From NCBI GenBank assembly GCA_964016885.1, contig OZ024743.1, forward strand, positions 94,922,001 to 94,986,000: DNA of 64,000 nucleotides, written 5' to 3'. The notes beneath the pieces were generated by a model that did not search any database, was not told the origin of the DNA, and was given only the letters and a program-made list of their open reading frames with translations. The position numbers and the translations under genes are program-made. This stretch comes from Eledone cirrhosa. Lineage: Eukaryota. Positions 13,501 to 28,500 of the stretch are shown piece after piece; the first letter of the stretch is position 1, and every line of letters starts with the position of its first letter.

Positions 13501-16500
13501 TGGAACTATTCTGGGGAAATGGTAGTCTGAGAGGTGGAAGAACTGTAGTAATGGCGTGATAATGTCAGAAGTTGAAGTGGAACTATTCTGGAGAAATGGT
13601 AGTCTGGGAGGTGGAAGAACTGTAGTAATGGTGTGGTAATGTCAGAAGTTGAAGTGGAACTATTCTGGAGAAATTTTAGTCTGAGATGTGGAAGAACTGT
13701 AGTAATGGTGTGGTAATGTCAGAAGTGGCAGTGGAACAATTCTGGAGAAATGGTAGTCTGGGAGGTGGAAGAACTGTTGTAATGGCGTGGTAATGTCAGA
13801 AGTGGCAGTGGAACTATTCTGCAGAAATGGTAGTCTGGGAGGTGGAAGTACTGTAGTAATGGTGTGGTAATGTCAGAAGTGGCAGTGGAACTATTCTGCA
13901 GAAATGGTAGTCTGGGAGGTGGAAGAACTGTAGTAATGGCGTGGTAATGTCAGAAGTGACAGTGGAACTATTCTGCAGAAATGGTAGTCTGGGAGGTGGA
14001 AGAACTGTACTAATGGCGTGGTAATGTCAGAAGTGGCAGTGGAACTATTCTGGGGAAATGGTAGTCTGAGAGGTGGAAGAACTGTAGTAATGGCGTGATA
14101 ATGTCAGAAGTTGAAGTGGAACTATTCTGGAGAAATGGTAGTCTGGGAGGTGGAAGAACTGTAGTAATGGTGTGGTAATGTCAGAAGTTGAAGTGGAACT
14201 ATTCTGGAGAAATGGTAGTTTGGGAGGTGGAAGAACTGTAGTAATGGTGTGGTAATGTCAGAAGTGGCAGTGGAACTATTCTGGAGAAATGGTAGTTTGG
14301 GAGGTGGAAGAACTGTAGTAATGGTGTGGTAATGTCAGAAGTGGCAGTGGAACTATTCTGGAGAAATGGTAGTCTGGGAGGTGGAAGAACTGTAGTAATG
14401 GCGTGGTAATGTCAGAAGTGGCAGTGGAACTATTCTGGAGAAATGGTAGTCTGAGAGGTGGAAGAACTGTAGTAATGGCGTGGTAATGTCAGAATTGGCA
14501 GTGGAACTATTCTGGAGAAATGGTAGTCTGGAGGTGGAAGAACTGTAGTAATGGTGTGGTAATGTCAGACGTAGCAGTGGAACTATTCTGGAGAAATGGT
14601 AGTCTGAGAGGTGGAAGAACTGTAGTAATAGTGTGGTAATGTCAGAAGTGGCAGTGGAACTATTCTGGAGAAATGGTAGTCTGAGAGGTGGAAGAACTGT
14701 AGTAATGGTGTGGTAATGTCAGACGTGGCAGTGGAACTATTCTGGAGAAATGGTAGTCTGAGAGGTGGAAGAACTGTAGTAATAGTGTGGTAATGTCAGA
14801 AGTGGCAGTGGAACTATTCTGGAGAAATGGTAGTCTGGGAGGTGGAAGAACTGTAGTAATGGTGTGGTAATGTCAGAAGTGGCAGTGGAACTATTCTGGA
14901 GAAATGGTAGTCTGGGAGGTGGAAGAACTGTAGTAATGGTGTGGTAATGTCAGAAGTGGCAGTGGAACTATTCTGGAGAAATGGTAGTCTGGGAGGTGGA
15001 AGAACTGTAGTAATGGTGTGGTAATGTCAGAAGTGGCAGTGGAACTATTCTGGAGAAATGGTAGTCTGGGAGGTGGAAGAACTGTAGTTATGGTGTGGTA
15101 ATGTCAGAAGTGGCAGTGGAACTATTCTGGAGAAATGGTAGTCTGAGAGGTGGAAGAACTGTAGTAATGGTGTGGTAATGTCAGAAGTTGAAGTGGAACT
15201 ATTCTGGAGAAATGGTAGTCTGGGAGGTGGAAGAACTGTAGTAATGGTGTGGTAATGTCAGAAGTGGCAGTGGAACTATTCTGGAGAAATGGTAGTCTGG
15301 GAGGTGGAAGAACTGTAGTAATGGCGTGGTAATGTCAGAAGTTGAAGTGGAACTATTCTGGAGAAATGGTAGTCTGGGAGGTGGAAGAACTGTAGTAATG
15401 GTGTGGTAATGTCAGAAGTGGCAGTGGAACTATTCTGGAGAAATGGTAGTCTGGGAGGTGGAAGAACTGTAGTAATGGTGTGGTAATGTCAGAAGTTGAA
15501 GTGGAACTATTCTGGAGAAATGGTAATCTGGGAGGTGGAAGAACTGTAGTAATGGCGTGGTAATGTCAGAAGTGGCAGTGGAACTATTCTGGAGAAATGG
15601 TAGTCTGGGAGGTGGAAGAACTGTAGTAATGGTGTGGTAATGTCAGAAGTGGCAGTGGAACTATTCTGGAGAAATGGTAGTCTGGGAGGTGGAAGAACTG
15701 TAGTAATGGCGTGGTAATGTCAGAAGTGGCAGTGGAACTATTCTGGAGAAATGGTAGTCTGGGAGGTGGAAGTACTGTAGTAATGGCGTGGTAATGTCAG
15801 AAGTGGCAGTGGAACTATTCTGAAGAAATGGTAGTCTGGGAGGTGGAAGAACTGTAGTAATGGCGTGGTAATGTCAGAAGTGACAGTGGAACTATTCTGC
15901 AGAAATGGTAGTCTGGGAGGTGGAAGAACTGTACTAATGGCGTGGTAATGTCAGAAGTGGCAGTGGAACTATTCTGGGGAAATGGTAGTCTGAGAGGTGG
16001 AAGAACTGTAGTAATGGCGTGATAATGTCAGAAGTTGAAGTGGAACTATTCTGGAGAAATGGTAGTCTGGGAGGTGGAAGAACTGTAGTAATGGTGTGGT
16101 AATGTCAGAAGTTGAAGTGGAACTATTCTGGAGAAATTTTAGTCTGAGATGTGGAAGAACTGTAGTAATGGTGTGGTAATGTCAGAAGTGGCAGTGGAAC
16201 AATTCTGGAGAAATGGTAGTCTGGGAGGTGGAAGAACTGTTGTAATGGCGTGGTAATGTCAGAAGTGGCAGTGGAACTATTCTGCAGAAATGGTAGTCTG
16301 GGAGGTGGAAGTACTGTAGTAATGGTGTGGTAATGTCAGAAGTGGCAGTGGAACTATTCTGCAGAAATGGTAGTCTGGGAGGTGGAAGAACTGTAGTAAT
16401 GGTGTGGTAATGTCAGAAGTGGCAGTGGAACTATTCTGGAGAAATGGTAGTCTGAGAGGTGGAAGAACTGTAGTAATGGTGTGGTAATGTCAGAAGTTGA

Positions 16501-19500
16501 AGTGGAACTATTCTGGAGAAATGGTAGTCTGGGAGGTGGAAGAACTGTAGTAATGGTGTGGTAATGTCAGAAGTTGAAGTGGAACTATTCTGGAGAAATG
16601 GTAGTCTGGGAGGTGGAAGAACTGTAGTAATGGCGTGGTAATGTCAGAAGTTGAAGTGGAACTATTCTGGAGAAATGGTAGTCTGGGAGGTGGAAGAACT
16701 GTAGTAATGGTGTGGTAATGTCGGAAGTGGCAGTGGAACTATTCTGGAGAAATGGTAGTCTGAGAGGTGGAAGAACTGTAGTAATGGTGTGGTAATGTCA
16801 GAAGTGACGGTGGAACTATTCTGCAGAAATGGTAGTCTGGGAGGTGGAAGTACTGTAGTAATGGTGTGGTAATGTCAGAAGTGGCAGTGGAACTATTCTG
16901 GAGAAATGGTAGTCTGGGAGGTGGAAGTACTGTAGTAATGGCGTGGTAATGACAGAAGAGGCAGTGGAACTATTCTGGAGAAATGGTAGTCTGGGAGGTG
17001 GAAGTACTGTAGTAATGGCGTGGTAATGTCAGAAGTGGCAGTGGAACTATTCTGGAGAAATGGTAGTCTGGGAGGTGGAAGAACTGTAGTAATGGTGTGG
17101 TAATGTCAGAAGTGGCAGTGGAACTATTCTGGAGAAATGGTAGTCTGGGAGGTGGAAGAACTGTAGTAATGGCGTGGTAATGTCAGAAGTTGAAGTGGAA
17201 CTATTCTGGAGAAATGGTAGTCTGGGAGGTGGAAGAACTGTAGTAATGGTGTGGTAATGTCAGAAGTGGCAGTGGAACTATTCTGGAGAAATAGTAGTCT
17301 GGGAGGTGGAAGAACTGTAGTAATGGTGTGGTAATGTCAGAAGTTGAAGTGGAGCTATTCTGGAGAAATGGTAGTCTGAGAGGTGGAAGAACTGTAGTAA
17401 TGGTGTGGTAATGTCAGAAGTGGCAGTGGAACTATTCTGCAGAAATGGTAGTCTGGGAGGTGGAAGAACTGTAGTAATGGCGTGGTAATGTCAGAAGTGG
17501 CAGTGGAACTATTCTGCAGAAATGGTAGTCTGGGAGGTGGAAGTACTGTAGTAATGGCGTGGTAATGTCAGAAGTGGCAGTGGAACTATTCTGCAGAAAT
17601 GGTAGTCTGGGAGGTGGAAGAACTGTAGTAATGGTGTGGTAATGTCAGAAGTGGCAGTGGAACTATTCTGGAGAAATGGTAGTCTGAGAGGTGGAAGAAC
17701 TGTAGTAATGGTGTGGTAATGTCAGAAGTTGAAGTGGAACTATTCTGGAGAAATGGTAGTCTGGGAGGTGGAAGAACTGTAGTAATGGTGTGGTAATGTC
17801 AGAAGTTGAAGTGGAACTATTCTGTAGAAATGGTAGTCTGGGAGGTGGAAGAACTGTAGTAATGACGTGGTAATGTCAGAAGTGGCAGTGGAACTATTCT
17901 GGAGAAATGGTAGTCTGGGCGGTGGAAGAACTGTAGTAATAGTGTGGTAATGTCAGAAGTGGCAGTGGAACTATTCTGGAGAAATGGTAGTCTGGGAGGT
18001 GGATGAACTGTAGTAATGGCGTGGTAATGTCAGAAGTGGCAGTAGAACCATTCTGGAGAAATGGTAGTCTGGGAGGTGGAAGAACTGTAGTAATGGTGTG
18101 GTAATGTCAGAAGTTGAAGTGGAACTATTCTGGAGAAATGGTAGTCTGGGAGGTGGAAGAACTGTAGTAATGGTGTGGTAATGTCAGAAGTGGCAGTGGA
18201 ACTATTCTGGAGAAATGGTAGTCTGAGAGGTGGAAGAACTGTAGTAATGGTGTGGTAATGTCAGAAGTTGAAGTGGAATTATTCTGGAGAAATGGTAGTC
18301 TTGGAGGTGGAAGAACTGTAGTAATGGTGTGGTAATGTCAGAAGTGGCAGTGGAACTATTCTGGAGAAATGGTAATCTGGGAGGTGGAAGAACTGTAGTA
18401 ATGGCGTGGTAATATCAGAAGTGGCAGTGGAACTATTCTGGAGAAATGGTAGTCTGGGAGGTGGAAGAACTGTAGTAATGGTGTGGTAATGTCAGAAGTG
18501 GCAGTGGAACTATTCTGGAGAAATGGTAGTCTGGGAGGTGGAAGTACTGTAGTAATGGCGTGGTAATGTCAGAAGTGGCAGTGGAACTATTCTGAAGAAA
18601 TGGTAGTCTGGGAGGTGGAAGAACTGTAGTAATGGCGTGGTAATGTCAGAAGTGACAGTGGAACTATTCTGCAGAAATGGTAGTCTGGGAGGTGGAAGAA
18701 CTGTAGTAATGGCGTGGTAATGTCAGAAGTGGCAGTGGAACTATTCTGGGGAAATGGTAGTCTGAGAGGTGGAAGAACTGTAGTAATGGCGTGATAATGT
18801 CAGAAGTTGAAGTGGAACTATTCTGGAGAAATGGTAGTCTGGGAGGTGGAAGAACTGTAGTAATGGTGTGGTAATGTCAGAAGTTGAAGTGGAACTATTC
18901 TGGAGAAATTTTATTCTGAGAGGTGGAAGAACTGTAGTAATGGTGTGGTAATGTCAGAAGTTGAAGTGGAACTATTCTGGAGAAATGGTAGTCTGGGAGG
19001 TGGAAGAACTGTAGTAATGGTGTGGTAATGTCGGAAGTGGCAGTGGAACTATTCTGGAGAAATGGTAGTCTGAGAGGTGGAAGAACTGTAGTAATGGTGT
19101 GGTAATGTCAGAAGTGACAGTGGAACTATTCTGCAGAAATGGTAGTCTGGGAGGTGGAAGTACTGTAGTAATGGTGTGGTAATGTCAGAAGTGGCAGTGG
19201 AACTATTCTGGAGAAATGGTAGTCTGGGAGGTGGAAGTACTGTAGTAATGGCGTGGTAATGTCAGAAGAGGCAGTGGAACTATTCTGGAGAAATGGTAGT
19301 CTGGGAGGTGGAAGTACTGTAGTAATGGCGTGGTAATGTCAGAAGTGGCAGTGGAACTATTCTGCAGAAATGGTAGTCTGGGAGGTGGAAGAACTGTAGT
19401 AATGGTGTGGTAATGTCAGAAGTGGCAGTGGAACTATTCTGGAGAAATGGTAGCCTGAGAGGTGGAAGAACTGTAGTAATGGTGTGGTAATGTCAGAAGT

Positions 19501-22500
19501 TGAAGTGGAACTATTCTGGAGAAATGGTAGTCTGGGAGGTGGAAGAACTGTAGTAATAGTGTGGTAATGTCAGAAGTGGCAGTGGAACTATTCTGGAGAA
19601 ATGGTAGTCTGGGAGGTGGAAGAACTGTAGTAATGGTGTGGTAATGTCAGAAGTGGCAGTGGAACTATTCTGGAGAAATGGTAGTCTGGGAGGTGGAAGA
19701 ACTGTAGTAATGGTGTGGTAATGTCAGAAGTGGCAGTGGAACTATTCTGGAGAAATGGTAGTCTGGGAGGTGGAAGAACTGTAGTAATGGTGTGGTAATG
19801 TCAGAAGTGGCAGTGGAACTATTCTGGAGAAATGGTAGTCTGGGAGGTGGAAGAACTGTAGTAATGGCGTGGTAATGTCAGAAGTTGAAGTGGAACTATT
19901 CTGGAGAAATGGTAGTCTGGGAGGTGGAAGAACTGTAGTAATGGTGTGGTAATGTCAGAAGTGGCAGTGGAACTATTCTGGAGAAATGGTAGTCTGAGAG
20001 GTGGAAGAACTGTAGTAATGGTGTGGTAATGTCAGAAGTTGAAGTGGAACTATTCTGGAGAAATGGTAGTCTGGGAGGTGGAAGAACTGTAGTAATGGTG
20101 TGGTAATGTCAGAAGTGGCAGTGGAACTATTCTGGAGAAATGGTAGTCTGGGAGGTGGAAGAACTGTAGTAATGGCGTGGTAATGTCAGAAGTTGAAGTG
20201 GAACTATTCTGGAGAAATAGTAGTCTGGGAGGTGGAAGAACTGTAGTAATGGTGTGGTAATGTCAGAAGTGGCAGTGGAACTATTCTGGAGAAATGGTAG
20301 TCTGAGAGGTGGAAGAACTGTAGTAATGGTGTGGTAATGTCAGAAGTTGAAGTGGAATTATTCTGGAGAAATGGTAGTCTGGGAGGTGGAAGAACTGTAG
20401 TAATGGTGTGGTAATGTCAGAAGTTGAAGTGGAACTATTCTGGAGAAATGGTAGTTTGGGAGGTGGAAGAACTGTAGTAATGGTGTGGTAATGTCAGAAG
20501 TGGCAGTGGAACTATTCTGGAGAAATGGTAGTTTGGGAGGTGGAAGAACTGTAGTAATGGTGTGGTAATGTCAGAAGTGGCAGTGGAACTATTCTGGAGA
20601 AATGGTAGTCTGGGAGGTGGAAGAACTGTAGTAATGGCGTGGTAATGTCAGAAGTGGCAGTGGAACTATTCTGGAGAAATGGTAGTCTGAGAGGTGGAAG
20701 AACTGTAGTAATGGCGTGGTAATGTCAGAATTGGCAGTGGAACTATTCTGGAGAAATGGTAGTCTGGAGGTGGAAGAACTGTAGTAATGGTGTGGTAATG
20801 TCAGACGTAGCAGTGGAACTATTCTGGAGAAATGGTAGTCTGAGAGGTGGAAGAACTGTAGTAATAGTGTGGTAATGTCAGAAGTGGCAGTGGAACTATT
20901 CTGGAGAAATGGTAGTCTGAGAGGTGGAAGAACTGTAGTAATGGTGTGGTAATGTCAGACGTGGCAGTGGAACTATTCTGGAGAAATGGTAGTCTGAGAG
21001 GTGGAAGAACTGTAGTAATAGTGTGGTAATGTCAGAAGTGGCAGTGGAACTATTCTGGAGAAATGGTAGTCTGGGAGGTGGAAGAACTGTAGTAATGGTG
21101 TGGTAATGTCAGAAGTGGCAGTGGAACTATTCTGGAGAAATGGTAGTCTGGGAGGTGGAAGAACTGTAGTAATGGTGTGGTAATGTCAGAAGTGGCAGTG
21201 GAACTATTCTGGAGAAATGGTAGTCTGGGAGGTGGAAGAACTGTAGTAATGGTGTGGTAATGTCAGAAGTGGCAGTGGAACTATTCTGGAGAAATGGTAG
21301 TCTGGGAGGTGGAAGAACTGTAGTAATGGTGTGGTAATGTCAGAAGTGGCAGTGGAACTATTCTGGAGAAATGGTAGTCTGAGAGGTGGAAAAACTGTAG
21401 TAATGGTGTGGTAATGTCAGAAGTTGAAGTGGAACTATTCTGGAGAAATGGTAGTCTGGGAGGTGGAAGAACTGTAGTAATGGTGTGGTAATGTCAGAAG
21501 TGGCAGTGGAACTATTCTGGAGAAATGGTAGTCTGGGAGGTGGAAGAACTGTAGTAATGGCGTGGTAATGTCAGAAGTTGAAGTGGAACTATTCTGGAGA
21601 AATGGTAGTCTGGGAGGTGGAAGAACTGTAGTAATGGTGTGGTAATGTCAGAAGTGGCAGTGGAACTATTCTGGAGAAATGGTAGTCTGGGAGGTGGAAG
21701 AACTGTAGTAATGGTGTGGTAATGTCAGAAGTTGAAGTGGAACTATTCTGGAGAAATGGTAATCTGGGAGGTGGAAGAACTGTAGTAATGGCGTGGTAAT
21801 GTCAGAAGTGGCAGTGGAACTATTCTGGAGAAATGGTAGTCTGGGAGGTGGAAGAACTGTAGTAATGGTGTGGTAATGTCAGAAGTGGCAGTGGAACTAT
21901 TCTGGAGAAATGGTAGTCTGGGAGGTGGAAGAACTGTAGTAATGGCGTGGTAATGTCAGAAGTGGCAGTGGAACTATTCTGGAGAAATGGTAGTCTGGGA
22001 GGTGGAAGTACTGTAGTAATGGCGTGGTAATGTCAGAAGTGGCAGTGGAACTATTCTGAAGAAATGGTAGTCTGGGAGGTGGAAGAACTGTAGTAATGGC
22101 GTGGTAATGTCAGAAGTGACAGCGGAACTATTCTGCAGAAATGGTAGTCTGGGAGGTGGAAGAACTGTACTAATGGCGTGGTAATGTCAGAAGTGGCAGT
22201 GGAACTATTCTGGGGAAATGGTAGTCTGAGAGGTGGAAGAACTGTAGTAATGGCGTGATAATGTCAGAAGTTGAAGTGGAACTATTCTGGAGAAATGGTA
22301 GTCTGGGAGGTGGAAGAACTGTAGTAATGGTGTGGTAATGTCAGAAGTTGAAGTGGAACTATTCTGGAGAAATTTTAGTCTGAGATGTGGAAGAACTGTA
22401 GTAATGGTGTGGTAATGTCAGAAGTGGCAGTGGAACAATTCTGGAGAAATGGTAGTCTGGGAGGTGGAAGAACTGTAGTAATGGCGTGGTAATGTCAGAA

Positions 22501-25500
22501 GTGGCAGTGGAACTATTCTGCAGAAATGGTAGTCTGGGAGGTGGAAGTACTGTAGTAATGGTGTGGTAATGTCAGAAGTGGCAGTGGAACTATTCTGCAG
22601 AAATGGTAGTCTGGGAGGTGGAAGAACTGTAGTAATGGTGTGGTAATGTCAGAAGTGGCAGTGGAACTATTCTGGAGAAATGGTAGTCTGAGAGGTGGAA
22701 GAACTGTAGTAATGGTGTGGTAATGTCAGAAGTTGAAGTGGAACTATTCTGGAGAAATGGTAGTCTGGGAGGTGGAAGAACTGTAGTAATGGTGTGGTAA
22801 TGTCAGAAGTTGAAGTGGAACTATTCTGGAGAAATGGTAGTCTGGGAGGTGGAAGAACTGTAGTAATGGCGTGGTAATGTCAGAAGTTGAAGTGGAACTA
22901 TTCTGGAGAAATGGTAGTCTGGGAGGTGGAAGAACTGTAGTAATGGTGTGGTAATGTCGGAAGTGGCAGTGGAACTATTCTGGAGAAATGGTAGTCTGAG
23001 AGGTGGAAGAACTGTAGTAATGGTGTGGTAATGTCAGAAGTGACAGTGGAACTATTCTGCAGAAATGGTAGTCTGGGAGGTGGAAGTACTGTAGTAATGG
23101 TGTGGTAATGTCAGAAGTGGCAGTGGAACTATTCTGGAGAAATGGTAGTCTGGGAGGTGGAAGTACTGTAGTAATGGCGTGGTAATGTCAGAAGAGGCAG
23201 TGGAACTATTCTGGAGAAATGGTAGTCTGGGAGGTGGAAGTACTGTAGTAATGGCGTGGTAATGTCAGAAGTGGCAGTGGAACTATTCTGGAGAAATGGT
23301 AGTCTGGGAGGTGGAAGAACTGTAGTAATGGTGTGGTAATGTCAGAAGTGGCAGTGGAACTATTCTGGAGAAATGGTAGTCTGGGAGGTGGAAGAACTGT
23401 AGTAATGGCGTGGTAATGTCAGAAGTTGAAGTGGAACTATTCTGCAGAAATGGTAGTCTGGGAGGTGGAAGTACTGTAGTAATGGCGTGGTAATGTCAGA
23501 AGTGGCAGTGGAACTATTCTGCAGAAATGGTAGTCTGGGAGGTGGAAGAACTGTAGTAATGGTGTGGTAATGTCAGAAGTGGCAGTGGAACTATTCTGCA
23601 GAAATGGTAGTCTGGGAGGTGGAAGAACTGTAGTAATGGTGTGGTAATGTCAGAAGTGGCAGTGGAACTATTCTGGAGAAATGGTAGTCTGAGAGGTGGA
23701 AGAACTGTAGTAATGGTGTGGTAATGTCAGAAGTTGAAGTGGAACTATTCTGGAGAAATGGTAGTCTGGGAGGTGGAAGAACTGTAGTAACGGTGTGGTA
23801 ATGTCAGAAGTTGAAGTGGAACTATTCTGTAGAAATGGTAGTCTGGGAGGTGGAAGAACTGTAGTAATGACGTGGTAATGTCAGAAGTGGCAGTGGAACT
23901 ATTCTGGAGAAATGGTAGTCTGGGCGGTGGAAGAACTGTAGTAATAGTGTGGTAATGTCAGAAGTGGCAGTGGAACTATTCTGGAGAAATGGTAGTCTGG
24001 GAGGTGGATGAACTGTAGTAATGGTGTGGTAATGTCAGAAGTTGAAGTGGAACTATTCTGGAGAAATGGTAGTCTGGGAGGTGGAAGAACTGTAGTAATG
24101 GTGTGGTAATGTCAGAAGTGGCAGTGGAACTATTCTGGAGAAATGGTAGTCTGAGAGGTGGAAGAACTGTAGTAATGGTGTGGTAATGTCAGAAGTTGAA
24201 GTGGAATTATTCTGGAGAAATGGTAGTCTTGGAGGTGGAAGAACTGTAGTAATGGTGTGGTAATGTCAGAAGTGGCAGTGGAACTATTCTGGAGAAATGG
24301 TAATCTGGGAGGTGGAAGAACTGTAGTAATGGCGTGGTAATATCAGAAGTGGCAGTGGAACTATTCTGGAGAAATGGTAGTCTGGGAGGTGGAAGAACTG
24401 TAGTAATGGTGTGGTAATGTCAGAAGTGGCAGTGGAACTATTCTGGAGAAATGGTAGTCTGGGAGGTGGAAGTACTGTAGTAATGGCGTGGTAATGTCAG
24501 AAGTGGCAGTGGAACTATTCTGAAGAAATGGTAGTCTGGGAGGTGGAAGAACTGTAGTAATGGCGTGGTAATGTCAGAAGTGACAGTGGAACTATTCTGC
24601 AGAAATGGTAGTCTGGGAGGTGGAAGAACTGTAGTAATGGCGTGGTAATGTCAGAAGTGGCAGTGGAACTATTCTGGGGAAATGGTAGTCTGAGAGGTGG
24701 AAGAACTGTAGTAATGGCGTGATAATGTCAGAAGTTGAAGTGGAACTATTCTGGAGAAATGGTAGTCTGGGAGGTGGAAGAACTGTAGTAATGGTGTGGT
24801 AATGTCAGAAGTTGAAGTGGAACTATTCTGGAGAAATTTTATTCTGAGAGGTGGAAGAACTGTAGTAATGGTGTGGTAATGTCAGAAGTTGAAGTGGAAC
24901 TATTCTGGAGAAATGGTAGTCTGGGAGGTGGAAGAACTGTAGTAATGGTGTGGTAATGTCGGAAGTGGCAGTGGAACTATTCTGGAGAAATGGTAGTCTG
25001 AGAGGTGGAAGAACTGTAGTAATGGTGTGGTAATGTCAGAAGTGACAGTGGAACTATTCTGCAGAAATGGTAGTCTGGGAGGTGGAAGTACTGTAGTAAT
25101 GGTGTGGTAATATCAGAAGTGGCAGTGGAACTATTCTGGAGAAATGGTAGTCTGGGAGGTGGAAGTACTGTAGTAATGGCGTGGTAATGTCAGAAGAGGC
25201 AGTGGAACTATTCTGGAGAAATGGTAGTCTGGGAGGTGGAAGTACTGTAGTAATGGCGTGGTAATGTCAGAAGTGGCAGTGGAACTATTCTGCAGAAATG
25301 GTAGTCTGGGAGGTGGAAGAACTGTAGTAATGGTGTGGTAATGTCAGAAGTTGAAGTGGAACTATTCTGGAGAAATGGTAGTCTGGGAGGTGGAAGAACT
25401 GTAGTAATAGTGTGGTAATGTCAGAAGTGGCAGTGGAACTATTCTGGAGAAATGGTAGTCTGGGAGGTGGAAGAACTGTAGTAATGGTGTGGTAATGTCA

Positions 25501-28500
25501 GAAGTGGCAGTGGAACTATTCTGGAGAAATGGTAGTCTGGGAGGTGGAAGAACTGTAGTAATGGTGTGGTAATGTCAGAAGTGGCAGTGGAACTATTCTG
25601 GAGAAATGGTAGTCTGGGAGGTGGAAGAACTGTAGTAATGGTGTGGTAATGTCAGAAGTGGCAGTGGAACTATTCTGGAGAAATGGTAGTCTGGGAGGTG
25701 GAAGAACTGTAGTAATGGCGTGGTAATGTCAGAAGTTGAAGTGGAACTATTCTGGAGAAATGGTAGTCTGGGAGGTGGAAGAACTGTAGTAATGGTGTGG
25801 TAATGTCAGAAGTGGCAGTGGAACTATTCTGGAGAAATGGTAGTCTGAGAGGTGGAAGAACTGTAGTAATGGTGTGGTAATGTCAGAAGTTGAAGTGGAA
25901 CTATTCTGGAGAAATGGTAGTCTGGGAGGTGGAAGAACTGTAGTAATGGTGTGGTAATGTCAGAAGTGGCAGTGGAACTATTCTGGAGAAATGGTAGTCT
26001 GGGAGGTGGAAGAACTGTAGTAATGGCGTGGTAATGTCAGAAGTTGAAGTGGAACTATTCTGGAGAAATAGTAGTCTGGGAGGTGGAAGAACTGTAGTAA
26101 TGGTGTGGTAATGTCAGAAGTGGCAGTGGAACTATTCTGGAGAAATGGTAGTCTGAGAGGTGGAAGAACTGTAGTAATGATGTGGTAATGTCAGAAGTTG
26201 AAGTGGAATTATTCTGGAGAAATGGTAGTCTGGGAGGTGGAAGAACTGTAGTAATGGTGTGGTAATGTCAGAAGTTGAAGTGGAACTATTCTGGAGAAAT
26301 GGTAATCTGGGAGGTGGAAGAACTGTAGTAATGGTGTGGTAATGTCAGAAGTGGCAGTGGAACTATTCTGGAGAAATGGTAGTCTGGGAGGTGGAAGAAC
26401 TGTAGTAATGGTGTGGTAATGTCAGAAGTGGCAGTGGAACTATTCTGGAGAAATGGTAGTCTGGGAGGTGGAAGAACTGTAGTAATGGCGTGGTAATGTC
26501 AGAAGTGGCAGTGGAACTATTCTGGAGAAATGGTAGTCTGGGAGGTGGAAGTACTGTAGTAATGGCGTGGTAATGTCAGAAGTGACAGTGGAACTATTCT
26601 GCAGAAATGGTAGTCTGGGAGGTGGAAGAACTGTAGTAATGGCGTGATAATGTCAGAAGTTGAAGTGGAACTATTCTGGAGAAATGGTAGTCTGGGAGGT
26701 GGAAGAACTGTAGTAATGGTGTGGTAATGTCAGAAGTTGAAGTGGAACTATTCTGGAGAAATTTTAGTCTGAGAGGTGGAAGAACTGTAGTAATGGTGTG
26801 GTAATGTCAGAAGTGGCAGTGGAACTATTCTGGAGAAATGGTAGTCTGGGAGGTGGAAGAACTGTAGTAATGGCGTGGTAATGTCAGAAGTGGCAGTGGA
26901 ACTATTCTGCAGAAATGGTAGTCTGGGAGGTGGAAGTACTGTAGTAATGGCGTGGTAATGTCAGAAGAGGCAGTGGAACTATTCTGCAGAAATGGTAGTC
27001 TGGGAGGTGGAAGAACTGTAGTAATGGTGTGGTAATGTCAGAAGTGGCAGTGGAACTATTCTGGAGAAATGGTAGTCTGAGAGGTGGAAGAACTGTAGTA
27101 ATGGTGTGGTAATGTCAGAAGTTGAAGTGGAACTATTCTGGAGAAATGGTAGTCTGGGAGGTGGAAGAACTGTAGTAATGGTGTGGTAATGTCAGAAGTT
27201 GAAGTGGAACTATTCTGGAGAAATGGTAGTCTGGGAGGTGGAAGAACTGTAGTAATGGCGTGGTAATGTCAGAAGTTGAAGTGGAACTATTCTGGAGAAA
27301 TGGTAGTCTGGGAGGTGGAAGAACTGTAGTAATGGTGTGGTAATGTCGGAAGTGGCAGTGGAACTATTCTGGAGAAATGGTAGTCTGAGAGGTGGAAGAA
27401 CTGTAGTAATGGTGTGGTAATGTCAGAAGTGACAGTGGAACTATTCTGCAGAAATGGTAGTCTGGGAGGTGGAAGTACTGTAGTAATGGTGTGGTAATGT
27501 CAGAAGTGGCAGTGGAACTATTCTGGAGAAATGGTAGTCTGGGAGGTGGAAGTACTGTAGTAATGGCGTGGTAATGTCAGAAGAGGCAGTGGAACTATTC
27601 TGGAGAAATGGTAGTCTGGGAGGTGGAAGTACTGTAGTAATGGCGTGGTAATGTCAGAAGTGGCAGTGGAACTATTCTGGAGAAATGGTAGTCTGGGAGG
27701 TGGAAGAACTGTAGTAATGGTGTGGTAATGTCAGAAGTGGCAGTGGAACTATTCTGGAGAAATGGTAGTCTGGGAGGTGGAAGAACTGTAGTAATGGCGT
27801 GGTAATGTCAGAAGTTGAAGTGGAACTATTCTGGAGAAATAGTAGTCTGGGAGGTGGAAGAACTGTAGTAATGGTGTGGTAATGTCAGAAGTTGAAGTGG
27901 AGCTATTCTGGAGAAATGGTAGTCTGAGAGGTGGAAGAACTGTAGTAATGGTGTGGTAATGTCAGAAGTGGCAGTGGAACTATTCTGCAGAAATGGTAGT
28001 CTGGGAGGTGGAAGAACTGTAGTAATGGCGTGGTAATGTCAGAAGTGGCAGTGGAACTATTCTGCAGAAATGGTAGTCTGGGAGGTGGAAGTACTGTAGT
28101 AATGGCGTGGTAATGTCAGAAGTGGCAGTGGAACTATTCTGCAGAAATGGTAGTCTGGGAGGTGGAAGAACTGTAGTAATGGTGTGGTAATGTCAGAAGT
28201 GGCAGTGGAACTATTCTGGAGAAATGGTAGTCTGAGAGGTGGAAGAACTGTAGTAATGGTGTGGTAATGTCAGAAGTTGAAGTGGAACTATTCTGGAGAA
28301 ATGGTAGTCTGGGAGGTGGAAGAACTGTAGTAATGGTGTGGTAATGTCAGAAGTTGAAGTGGAACTATTCTGGAGAAATGGTAGTCTGGGAGGTGGAAGA
28401 ACTGTAGTAATGGCGTGGTAATGTCAGAAGTGGCAGTGGAACTATTCTGGAGAAATGGTAGTCTGGGAGGTGGAAGAACTGTAGTAATGGTGTGGTAATG